Part shown: positions 1-8,395 of the stretch, piece by piece
Position numbering within the stretch: position 1 is the first letter of the stretch
Layout of the letters: every line of letters begins with the position of its first letter
Assembly: GCA_051748045.1 (NCBI GenBank)
Contig: JBNJGY010000020.1
Coordinates: 22,195 to 34,808, forward strand
DNA: 12,614 bases
Source of the DNA: Thermotogota bacterium
GTDB taxonomy: Bacteria; Thermotogota; Thermotogae; Petrotogales; Petrotogaceae
Reading direction: 5' to 3'
Made by a program: the position numbers and the translations under genes
Notes under the pieces: model-generated
Databases searched by the model: none
Told to the model about the DNA's origin: nothing
What the model saw: only the letters and a program-made list of their open reading frames with translations

Positions 1-30
1 AAAAAATACTTGCGTAAGCAAGTATTTTTT
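1..30. terminator. Intrinsic terminator, probably bidirectional
   Basis: Perfect 13-bp inverted repeat AAAAAATACTTGC-gtaa-GCAAGTATTTTTT with A6/T6 ends, which gives a U-tract on both strands. It overlaps the TAA stop (29-31) of the minus-strand gene. Confidence 0.88.
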
Positions 31-400
31 AATAGTTCCAGCCTCTATTCATATCAAAATAAAATTCTCGACCAGTACTTAATGCGATAACTACTCCAAC
101 TACTATCATTACAAAAGAAATGATAATTAAAACGCCTTGAATTGTAAAATATACTCTCAAGTTATCTAAAATTTCTTCAAGGTGTTTTTCATTTTTATCT
201 CCTTCATATCTATAAGCCATTGCAGAATTTTTTACTTTCATCAATTTAATAGCCATGATAATTGTAATTACTCCTGGAATTGCACCAACGCCATAAGCAA
301 AAAGCCCACCAATAACTGCTAATATACCCCCTATTAGCGAAAGTATTCCAATAAAATAAGTCCACTTAGCTAATTTTTCAACTACATCTACAGATACCAT
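29..400 (-). CDS. DUF5362-like small membrane protein (about 123 aa, about 3 TM)
   Basis: The ORF track starts at TTG 430, but ATG at 400 (MVSVDVVEKLAKW) has an upstream AAGGGGG RBS. The pattern KWTYFIGILSLIGG..GAIPGVITIIMAIKL..LRVYFTIQGVLIII resembles DUF5362 as I recall the family. Confidence 0.72.
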   Translation of the reverse strand: MVSVDVVEKLAKWTYFIGILSLIGGILAVIGGLFAYGVGAIPGVITIIMAIKLMKVKNSAMAYRYEGDKNEKHLEEILDNLRVYFTIQGVLIIISFVMIVVGVVIALSTGREFYFDMNRGWNY

Positions 401-426
401 ATAAAATCCCCCTTTTTTCAATATAT

Positions 427-1746
427 TCAATCTTTATTATAAATATAGTTTCTTTTCTCTTTTGCTTTGTAAAGATAATCATCAACTCTTTTTAATAAAG
501 AATCAATGTCATCATCTTTTTTTAGTTCAGTTACTCCAAAACTGCAGGTAACCTTTTCTTTCTTAACAAAAATTTTCTTTTCTATCTTTTTTCTTAATCT
601 TTCTGCTAATTTAATTGCGTCTTTTAATTTTGTTTCCGGGTTTAAAATCATAAATTCATCTCCACCATATCTGGCGAATAAATCAATTTCTCTAATTTCT
701 GATTTTATTAGATTTGAAATTTTAATTAATATTTTATCACCTTCTAGATGTCCATGCTCGTCATTTATATCTTTAAAATAATCAATATCGATCATTATTA
801 GTGATAAATTATGGTTATAACGGCGACTTCTATATATTTCAGATTCTAAAACACTCAAAAACTTAGATCGATTATAAATATCCAACATTTCATCTTTTTC
901 TGAAATTTTAGTAATTCTTTTAACCTTATCTTCTAACTCTTTAATAATTTTTTTGGAAATAGTAGTTAAAGTTATAAAGAAGATAAAAACAAATATTGAA
1001 AAGACAAATATAAATCCACCCATTATTTTAAAAGACAGAGTATTTAAATCATCATAGAGATTAGATTTTGATGTTTCTACCCTTAACCAATAATTAGTAT
1101 TTAACAGTTTTCTGTAATTTACTAAAATATCTTCTGTTTCGAAATCAATATTTTTATTTTTATTATGAACAATCTCACAATTAGCTTCTTGTTTATTAAT
1201 TTCGTTCATTAAGGATTTAAGATCAAAAACAACAATGTCATGTCCAAGTTTTGTGTTATCTTTTTTAATTACTGAATTTAAAACTACTAAACATTCTTCT
1301 ATCAAAAAGATGAGTTCTGTAGTTTGGTTATTATAAGTGATATTATTAATTAAAGTATTTACTTTTTTTTCTTCCCAACTTACTATTGTCTCTCCTTCAC
1401 TAATTCTAAAAGCTGCTACGACATTCTCTAAAACTTTTATTCCATCAATATATTTTTCTTTTGTATAATCTCTCAGTTCTTGAAAAGAAATTTCTCCGTC
1501 TTTATACTCAGCGAGTTTATTTTTAATCATTGTTCTGCTTGATAAGCTTTCTGCTCCCTCTTTATATCTTTTTAATTTATTCTCCACATTCATTTCAGTT
1601 ATAGAAACAGAATTTTTAAAATTTTGATTAAGACTATCTTCTAATTCATTTTTTAGTGGAGAAAAAACACCGAAATAGAAAAATAGAATTAAAAAAATAA
1701 CTGTCAAAATGATCAAGTACTTTATTTTATTTAAGATATTATACAT
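427..1746 (-). CDS. Membrane-bound sensor diguanylate cyclase (TM, extracytoplasmic Cache-like domain, TM, GGDEF)
   Basis: Two hydrophobic segments flank a ~200-aa domain. It has DIDYFKDINDEHGHLEGD, ARYGGDEF (GGDEF at nt 652-666), an RxxD I-site REID (nt 682-693), VTCSFGV and LYKAK. AAGGA lies upstream of the ATG. Confidence 0.92.
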   Translation of the reverse strand: MYNILNKIKYLIILTVIFLILFFYFGVFSPLKNELEDSLNQNFKNSVSITEMNVENKLKRYKEGAESLSSRTMIKNKLAEYKDGEISFQELRDYTKEKYIDGIKVLENVVAAFRISEGETIVSWEEKKVNTLINNITYNNQTTELIFLIEECLVVLNSVIKKDNTKLGHDIVVFDLKSLMNEINKQEANCEIVHNKNKNIDFETEDILVNYRKLLNTNYWLRVETSKSNLYDDLNTLSFKIMGGFIFVFSIFVFIFFITLTTISKKIIKELEDKVKRITKISEKDEMLDIYNRSKFLSVLESEIYRSRRYNHNLSLIMIDIDYFKDINDEHGHLEGDKILIKISNLIKSEIREIDLFARYGGDEFMILNPETKLKDAIKLAERLRKKIEKKIFVKKEKVTCSFGVTELKKDDDIDSLLKRVDDYLYKAKEKRNYIYNKD

Positions 1747-1777
1747 TTTTTATCATATCCTTTTTTATAAAACGCTT

Positions 1778-4700
1778 TTAATTATTTTGTTTTTCGTGGA
1801 TAATAGAATATAAATATTCTTTTTCTGCAAAAGGTATTGGATGACTGTAAACCTCTACATCTTTTATTTTATCATTAGCGGTTCTATGTTTAAAAACAAA
1901 ATAGTTTCTATCTTTTTCTTTAGCTCTTAACATCTCTTTTTCTATTTCTTCTTTACTCAAAATATTTATATCTGTTATTTTCATTGATGTAAGCTTTTTT
2001 TTACTCCAACCATAAAAAATTTCTGCAGCTGGATTAGCATCAACTATTTCACCATTAACTGGGTCTATAATTAACATAACTGTATTTTTATTTTCAAAAA
2101 GAGCTTGATATCTTTGTTGTAAGTTTTTATATTTAAGTTTTGCTTCTTCTAATTCGCTGATATCTCTGTAAATTATATAATAGCCAATATTACCCCCATC
2201 TAAAAAAATAGGAAAACCTTGGACTGAAACATTAATAATTTCTCCATTTTCTTTTTCTCTGATGGTCTTTGAAGTTATGTTTTTGCCTTGAGATAATTTA
2301 TCAATATGATTTTCAATTTCAGCATTTTTATTTTTTGGAACTATTTTTTTAATTTTTTCTCCTACTATTTTTTTCTTGTCATATCCAAACATATTAACAA
2401 AATAAATATTAGCTCTAATAATATTAAAATTCTCATCCAAAATTACTATACCTTCGTTTGCTTTCTCAAAAAATTCTTCCGATATAACTTTGCTTTTTAA
2501 TAATTGTTTTTCGTTTTTAGAATCATTGATTTCATTATCTAAAATAATTTGTTGAATATTTTCAATTCTGTTGTTCTCAACTATTTTAACAAAAGCTTCT
2601 ACAACTTTTGGAGAAAATTGAGTTCCTTTGTTTGTTTTTATTTCTTTTAAAGCTTGATCAAAACTCAATGAATCACGATAACTTCTTTTAGATGACATGG
2701 CATCCCAGGCGTCTGCTACTGCTAAAATTTGTGAAATTAAAGGTATTTCACTACCTTTTAGAGCTTCTGGATAGCCCTTGCCATCCCATCTTTCGTGATG
2801 ATAAAGAATGTATCCTGCTATTGGATTTAATATATTAGAACTGCTCAAAGCCTTATTACCCCATACAGGATGTTTTTTTATTAAATCAAATTCCTCATCT
2901 GTTAACTTTCCTGGTTTATTAATAATGTTATGAGGAATAAGCAGTTTACCTATATCATGAACCAGTCCTGCCCAGTATGTATCTTTAATTATTTTTTTAG
3001 AAAGGTGCATTTCTTTTGCAATAGCTATAGATAATTTTGCGACATTTTCTGAATGGCCTTTAGTATAAATATCATACATTTCCATAATTTTAATAATGGA
3101 AGTAATTAATTCTTTAGTAAAATTAGTCTGTAAATTATCATATCTTTTAAAGGCTAAGAATGAAGAGGCTAAACTCGAAAATGATTCCAAGACTTTTTTA
3201 GATGTATCTGTGAAATCTTCACAACTATTTTCTTTTATATCAAGACCTAATCGACCAAAGCTCTGCCCATCTATTATAATGTTTACATATAATGATTTTT
3301 TAATTGGTTTTAATGAATTTAAAAATATTTCTTTATTATTTTCAATCTTATCAATATCAAAAAAATAATTATCGCTGATATTAACATATTTACTATTTTT
3401 ATTGATAAGTAGGTTTTTATCAAACATAATTTTCTTTAAAGTTTTTATATTATGACCTATTGCATCTATAAACTCACATTGTTTTTGATCATTTATTATG
3501 CAAATCATGCCGTAATCAGCTTCTGGGATTATTTCCATAGCATTTTTTAGTAAATCTGAAAAGAATTCTTCATCACTAAATAATGTCTTATCTTCCATAT
3601 TAGAAACAAGATCGATCATTTTAACAAACCTTTGATTAAGAAAATTTGTTTCTTCAAAAGATTGTTTAAGTTCCTCATTCATAGCCATGATTTCTTCATT
3701 GTAAGATTTAATTTCTTCAAAAGATGCTGAAAGCTCTTCTTTTTGTTCATTTATTTTAAATTCTCTATTTTTCATTTCTGTAATATCGAATACAAAAGCT
3801 TCAATTACAAAAAAATCTTTATATTCTTTGTTAGTTCTGGCATTCATACTCAACCATATTTGTGTTCCATCTTTTTTTAAGGCTTTATATTCAAAACCTT
3901 TTACTTCTCCATGTATTTTTAGTAATTTTAAAAACTCTTCTCTTCTTTCTGGGTTAACATATAAATCTCTAGGTAAATCAGTATATTCCTCTAGAGCTTC
4001 TTCAACACTATCAAACCCTAAAATATTTGCCATTCTTTTATTAATTTTAAAAGCTTTTCCGGTTGAGCTAGTCGTAACAATTCCTATTGGAGCTGAATTA
4101 AACAATTTTTGATATTTAGTCTCACTCTTTTTCAATTCTTCCTTAAAAATGCTTTCTCTCTTTTTATATTTCTGAATATTTTCTAACCAGCTTTCTATTT
4201 CATATTCTATAATCTTATTATCTCTATATCCCTCAGGTACAATATAATAAGGATTTTCATGAATTTTTCCTTGCCAGATTATAAAGTGGTGGAGTTCAAT
4301 TATGGCTTTTATAATACTACTATCAAATTTATTAAGATTATACCTACACATTGCGACTACAGGATAATCATTAAAAATATATTTATTCAATTTCCACTCA
4401 TAATCTATTATTTCTTTTTTACCATTCTCAAAATTCAAAGCCCAACTAAGCTCTCCTGTTATAGATAGACCTTTATAGCCTTCCCTCAATGCTTTTTTAG
4501 ATTCTTTTTTTAATCTTTCAATCATTTGGTCTGATTTAAAATTATCGCTTAGAGCATAAGTTTCTTCTTTATTTAAAAAATGTAATTGGCCTTTTTCAAT
4601 AAATAAATCTAGATTTGTGATTTGGTTTCTTAACTCAATTAATAAAAGATCATCATTAAGATCACCTTTTATATAAAGACATTTTTCATTCCTATTTAAA

Positions 4701-4819
4701 CTTGTTTTAATAAAAGAAACAGAAGCTGATAAAATCTCAGATTCTTTTTTATAAAATAATACTATATGATCTCCAGCTTTCATTTTATCTAAATTATCTA
4801 TTTTCTTATAGGTAATCAT
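1778..4819 (-). CDS. MEDS-PAS-GAF-like-HD-GYP-PAS-PAS c-di-GMP phosphodiesterase
   Basis: N-terminal MEDS motifs (GDHIVLFY, EKCLYI, GLSITGELSWAL, VAMCRY, NPYY) and a PAS/PAC (KDGTQIWLSMNA..FDITE). Complete HD-GYP: GHSENVA, VHDIGK (H621-D622), KKHP, HHERWDGKGYP, VADAWDAM..KRSYR, GTQFSP. Two C-terminal PAS domains. AAGGAG RBS. Confidence 0.92.
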   Translation of the reverse strand: MITYKKIDNLDKMKAGDHIVLFYKKESEILSASVSFIKTSLNRNEKCLYIKGDLNDDLLLIELRNQITNLDLFIEKGQLHFLNKEETYALSDNFKSDQMIERLKKESKKALREGYKGLSITGELSWALNFENGKKEIIDYEWKLNKYIFNDYPVVAMCRYNLNKFDSSIIKAIIELHHFIIWQGKIHENPYYIVPEGYRDNKIIEYEIESWLENIQKYKKRESIFKEELKKSETKYQKLFNSAPIGIVTTSSTGKAFKINKRMANILGFDSVEEALEEYTDLPRDLYVNPERREEFLKLLKIHGEVKGFEYKALKKDGTQIWLSMNARTNKEYKDFFVIEAFVFDITEMKNREFKINEQKEELSASFEEIKSYNEEIMAMNEELKQSFEETNFLNQRFVKMIDLVSNMEDKTLFSDEEFFSDLLKNAMEIIPEADYGMICIINDQKQCEFIDAIGHNIKTLKKIMFDKNLLINKNSKYVNISDNYFFDIDKIENNKEIFLNSLKPIKKSLYVNIIIDGQSFGRLGLDIKENSCEDFTDTSKKVLESFSSLASSFLAFKRYDNLQTNFTKELITSIIKIMEMYDIYTKGHSENVAKLSIAIAKEMHLSKKIIKDTYWAGLVHDIGKLLIPHNIINKPGKLTDEEFDLIKKHPVWGNKALSSSNILNPIAGYILYHHERWDGKGYPEALKGSEIPLISQILAVADAWDAMSSKRSYRDSLSFDQALKEIKTNKGTQFSPKVVEAFVKIVENNRIENIQQIILDNEINDSKNEKQLLKSKVISEEFFEKANEGIVILDENFNIIRANIYFVNMFGYDKKKIVGEKIKKIVPKNKNAEIENHIDKLSQGKNITSKTIREKENGEIINVSVQGFPIFLDGGNIGYYIIYRDISELEEAKLKYKNLQQRYQALFENKNTVMLIIDPVNGEIVDANPAAEIFYGWSKKKLTSMKITDINILSKEEIEKEMLRAKEKDRNYFVFKHRTANDKIKDVEVYSHPIPFAEKEYLYSIIHEKQNN

Positions 4820-4937
4820 ATTTTTTAGCTCCTTTTGTTTAAGGTTAAAATTATACCCACTATAGTTTATATCTTATCATAAATGTTTAATATTATTTTA
4901 AGTTAAAATCATAACTTATATATTTTTTTAGAATGGA

Positions 4938-4960
4938 TATTTTTTACTAAGTAAAAAATA
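4938..4960. promoter_or_regulatory. Palindromic candidate operator in the divergent intergenic region
   Basis: TATTTTTTACT-A-AGTAAAAAATA has 11-bp perfect arms with a 1-nt centre, near the middle of the 224-bp divergent spacer. Confidence 0.35.
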
Positions 4961-5017
4961 AAGCAATAAGAAGAAAAAACAATTTATTCCTTAATTTTAT
5001 TTTTAGGTTTTTTTAGT

Positions 5018-5035
5018 TATAATTAACATGAGGTG
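5018..5035 (+). promoter_or_regulatory. Putative -10 box (TATAAT) and RBS (GAGGTG) of pcm
   Basis: TATAAT at 5018-5023 and GAGGTG at 5030-5035, 8 nt before ATG 5044. No convincing -35 element. Confidence 0.45.
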
Positions 5036-5043
5036 AAATAATT

Positions 5044-5667
5044 ATGAATTTCGAAATTGCTAGAGAGAAAATGATAAAAAATGATCTTATTTCAAGGGGA
5101 ATTGAAAACAAAAAAGTTTTAGAAGCATTTAGAAAAGTTCCAAGAGAACATTTTGTGCCAAAAGAAAAAGAATTATATGCTTATGAAGACCATCCAATAA
5201 CAATAGGAGAAGGCCAAACTATTTCACAACCATATATAGTTGCTTATATGATTGAAAAATTAAATTTAAGCAAAACCTGTGAAGTTTTAGAAATAGGAAC
5301 AGGCTCTGGTTATCAAACAGCTCTTCTTGCTGAAATTTTTAAAACAGTTTATACAATAGAAAAAATAACTTCTTTACAAAAAAAAGCGAAATCAATTTTA
5401 GATAAATTAAATTATAAAAATATAGAATATAAAACAGGTAATGGAATTGACGGTTGGGACAATAAATTTTTTGATAATATTATTGTTTCAGCTGCAGCAA
5501 GAGAATTTCCTGAAAAACTCATTTCTCAACTGAGTGAAAATGGGGTTATGGTTGTGCCTGTTGGAGAAATGTTTGGACAAAATTTGTTTAAAATTAAAAA
5601 GAAAAAAGATAACATTGAAAAAGAAAGATTAGTTGGAGTGAGATTTGTTCCGTTAGTAGATGATTAA
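5044..5667 (+). CDS. pcm: Protein-L-isoaspartate(D-aspartate) O-methyltransferase
   Basis: Diagnostic PIMT motifs VPREHFVP, AYED.PI.IG.GQTISQP, SAM motif VLEIGTGSGYQTALLA, FDNIIVSAA, MVVPVG and C-terminal VRFVPLV. Length 207 aa with a good RBS. Confidence 0.96.
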   Translation: MNFEIAREKMIKNDLISRGIENKKVLEAFRKVPREHFVPKEKELYAYEDHPITIGEGQTISQPYIVAYMIEKLNLSKTCEVLEIGTGSGYQTALLAEIFKTVYTIEKITSLQKKAKSILDKLNYKNIEYKTGNGIDGWDNKFFDNIIVSAAAREFPEKLISQLSENGVMVVPVGEMFGQNLFKIKKKKDNIEKERLVGVRFVPLVDD

Positions 5668-5676
5668 TATTTTGGG

Positions 5677-8391
5677 GTGATTAAATTGTATAGCAAAGAT
5701 AATTATTATTTTCAAGAGTTCAAAGAAAAATCAAACATATTAAACATAAGAAAATTGATGTTTTTTTCATTGATCATATCTTTTTTGAGTCTAATATTAT
5801 CAACTTTTAATTTTTATAATTCAAATTTAGACATTGGTTTAGTTAATTTAGGGTTTGCTATTTTTAGTCTTTTTATTTCGTTTAGCGTAAAAATTTTGAC
5901 TAACAGAGATATAAAATCTATGAAAAAATTGAATGCAACTTTCATGGCGTATTTATTCGCAACTTACTTATGGTCGTTCAAAGATATATATTTCAATGAC
6001 AGAATTATGTTTAATGTTTTTTTATTCAGTATAATCGCTATTTCAATTTCATTGATTTTTAATCAAAATATAAAGGATCATATAGTAAATTTAGCCTTAG
6101 CTACAATACTTTTTTCTTTATCTACGTTTATTGTTGGTTATGAAGTGTTAGAGCTTATAACCATTAATTCACTTTTAGTATTGATAGTTATTTTTTCTTC
6201 TTATATTAATAAAAATTTTTTAGAAATACTGTATAAGAATTATGAAAACTCAATAATTATTGAGCAAAAAAATAGATTGATAAATGAAATACAGGATAAT
6301 GTTGAATATGAAATTCAAAATAGATCTTCTTCTGTTGAAAATTTATATCAAGAAACATCAAGAACTAATGAAAAATTAAAAAAAACTATGGAAGAACTAA
6401 AAAGATCTTATTCAGAACTAAATAAAAAATCTGAAGAACATTATTTACTTTTTAGAATATCTATGAAATTTAATACACCCGCTACTACTGAAGAAAAAAT
6501 CAATTATAGTTTGGGATTATTAGGAGAATTTACAAATGTTAGTAGAGTGTATATATTTAAAAATGATTATAAAAATAAGACAACATCTAATACTTTTGAA
6601 TGGACTAATTATAAAGTATCTCCAGAAATACAAAATTTACAGAAAATACCTCTTGAAGAAATTTCTGAATGGATAGATATATTAAGTAATAAAGGAATGA
6701 TTAAATCTTCAAATATAAAAGAATTACCTAAAAATATAAGAGAGTATCTAGAGCCTCAAAATATAAAATCAATCTTAGTTCTACCTATTTATATTGAAGA
6801 CGAGTTATATGGTTTTATTGGCTTTGATGACTGTGAAAATTATAAAGAATGGGAAGATGAAAAAATAGAATTATTAAATATAATATCAAACTTAATAGCC
6901 CATGAATTTGAAAGAGAAATACAGAATAAAGAATTAAAAAAGGCAAAAACCAAAGCAGAATTATCAAATGAGGCGAAAACAAAATTTTTGGCAAATATGA
7001 ACCATGAAATAAGAACGCCAATAAATACTATAATAGGTATCAACTCTCTTTTAAGTCAAAAAAATGAAATTAGTGATGATTCAAAAAAATTATTGAATTT
7101 ATCATACGAAGCTTCAAAAAACTTGAAAGAGTTAATAAATAGCATACTAGATTTTTCGAAAATTGATCAGGGAAATATTGAATTATCAACGTCTTCGTTT
7201 AACTTGAAAGACTTAATTGATGATATAGTTGAAGAATTTAATATGAAAAAACATGAAAATCTAGCAATCAACTATGAATATAATACAAAACAAACTATTT
7301 TTTTAGGTGATAAAGTCAAAATATATCAAATAATTAATAATATGTTGAATAATGCTTTTAATCATACCAAAGAAGGTGAGATTAAAATAAGGATTGATTC
7401 TGAAAAATATAAAGAAGAAAAATATAAAATAAACTTTGAAATAGAAGATTCAGGAGAAGGAATTGAAAGAGAAAAACTAAAATATATATTTGATGATTTT
7501 TATCAAATAGAACAAGAAGAATTATCTGACATTTCAGGTGTTGGTTTAGGTTTATCCATATCAAAAAAACTAATTGAAATAATGGGAGGAGAAATATCTG
7601 TTGAAAGCAAAAAGGGAGAAGGTACACTTTTTCAATTTTATATATTTTTAAAAAAAGGTGAAATAATAAGAGGAACAGATAAGAAAAAAGATAAAATAAA
7701 TAGTTTTGAAGGTCACAAAGTATTATTAGTTGAAGATAACCAAGTTAACCAAGAAATAGAAAAAAGAATATTAGAAATGTATGGATTAGAAGTTGATACA
7801 GCAAACAATGGAAAACAAGGCTTTGAAAAAATAGAAGAAAATCCAAACAAATATGAAATTGTTTTTATGGATATTTCTATGCCAGTAATGGATGGATATG
7901 AAGCAATAGAAAAAATCAAAGAAAATATTATTCAATATCCTTTTAAAATAATTGCATTGACTGCTTTTACATCAAGTTTGGACAAAAAAAAGATATATAA
8001 TTTTGGGTTTGATGAATTTTTAGCAAAACCAATCGATGAAAATTCATTAATTAATCTTCTAAAAAAATATTTAAAAATCGCAAAAGTTAAAAATAATAAA
8101 GATAAAAACAAAATTGATAAAAACAGAGATATATTAGATCTATTCATAAAAGATATTGAAGAAAAAATTCCTATTATGAAAAAGTCTTATAATGAAAAAG
8201 ATCTTGCTAAAATGCATGAAATTTTTCATCAAATAAAAAATCCTTTTAAATATTTACGATTTGAAAATTTATACCAAGAATCATTAGAATTAGAAAAACT
8301 AACAAAAAAAGAAAATATTGAAAAAATCACTGATATTTACCCAAAATTTGAAAAAGAACTATTAGAATTTTTGGAAGAAAATAAGGAGTGA
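5677..8391 (+). CDS. Unorthodox hybrid sensor histidine kinase (about 6 TM-coiled coil-GAF-HisKA-HATPase-REC-HPt)
   Basis: H-box FLANMNHEIRTP (His at nt 7003), N-box QIINNMLNNA, G1 IEDSGEGI, G2 GVGLGLSIS. GAF motifs SRVYIF..SNTFEW..SILVLPI..GFIGFD. REC motifs VLLVEDN/MDISMPVMDG/KP (Asp at nt 7870). C-terminal HPt-like FHQIKN (His at nt 8227). The true start may be TTG 5686, with GGGGTG as RBS. Confidence 0.93.
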   Translation: MIKLYSKDNYYFQEFKEKSNILNIRKLMFFSLIISFLSLILSTFNFYNSNLDIGLVNLGFAIFSLFISFSVKILTNRDIKSMKKLNATFMAYLFATYLWSFKDIYFNDRIMFNVFLFSIIAISISLIFNQNIKDHIVNLALATILFSLSTFIVGYEVLELITINSLLVLIVIFSSYINKNFLEILYKNYENSIIIEQKNRLINEIQDNVEYEIQNRSSSVENLYQETSRTNEKLKKTMEELKRSYSELNKKSEEHYLLFRISMKFNTPATTEEKINYSLGLLGEFTNVSRVYIFKNDYKNKTTSNTFEWTNYKVSPEIQNLQKIPLEEISEWIDILSNKGMIKSSNIKELPKNIREYLEPQNIKSILVLPIYIEDELYGFIGFDDCENYKEWEDEKIELLNIISNLIAHEFEREIQNKELKKAKTKAELSNEAKTKFLANMNHEIRTPINTIIGINSLLSQKNEISDDSKKLLNLSYEASKNLKELINSILDFSKIDQGNIELSTSSFNLKDLIDDIVEEFNMKKHENLAINYEYNTKQTIFLGDKVKIYQIINNMLNNAFNHTKEGEIKIRIDSEKYKEEKYKINFEIEDSGEGIEREKLKYIFDDFYQIEQEELSDISGVGLGLSISKKLIEIMGGEISVESKKGEGTLFQFYIFLKKGEIIRGTDKKKDKINSFEGHKVLLVEDNQVNQEIEKRILEMYGLEVDTANNGKQGFEKIEENPNKYEIVFMDISMPVMDGYEAIEKIKENIIQYPFKIIALTAFTSSLDKKKIYNFGFDEFLAKPIDENSLINLLKKYLKIAKVKNNKDKNKIDKNRDILDLFIKDIEEKIPIMKKSYNEKDLAKMHEIFHQIKNPFKYLRFENLYQESLELEKLTKKENIEKITDIYPKFEKELLEFLEENKE

Positions 8392-8395
8392 TTAA

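Noticed and set aside
401-430. TTG-initiated N-terminal extension (MNILKKGGFY) of the DUF5362-like ORF; likewise the 10605-10667 extension of the HTH gene
   Set aside because: Each extension contains the Shine-Dalgarno sequence of a downstream in-frame ATG (400 and 10668), which is the better start.
430-900. Possible inactivation of the GGDEF domain (DEMLDIYNR instead of DxLTGLxNR; AKEKRN lacking the Gly)
   Set aside because: The catalytic and substrate-binding residues (DID, FK.IND..GH..GD, RYGGDEF) and the I-site are intact, and the deviations are peripheral.
3376-3389. 14-nt match TGATATTAACATAT shared with 10534-10547
   Set aside because: It is a single AT-rich match inside a coding region, and this copy lacks the full palindrome, so it is compatible with chance.
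506-4468. Plus-strand ORFs 506-781, 2306-2500, 3096-3368, 3828-4112 and 4259-4468
   Set aside because: They lie antisense within well-supported genes, have the Phe/Ser/Ile-rich composition typical of shadow ORFs in AT-rich DNA, and carry no motifs.
4820-5043. Possible c-di-GMP riboswitch or sRNA in the divergent spacer (10440-10667 also checked)
   Set aside because: I see no GEMM-type conserved motifs or GC-containing stems. The regions are nearly all A/T. An Rfam/Infernal scan would be definitive.
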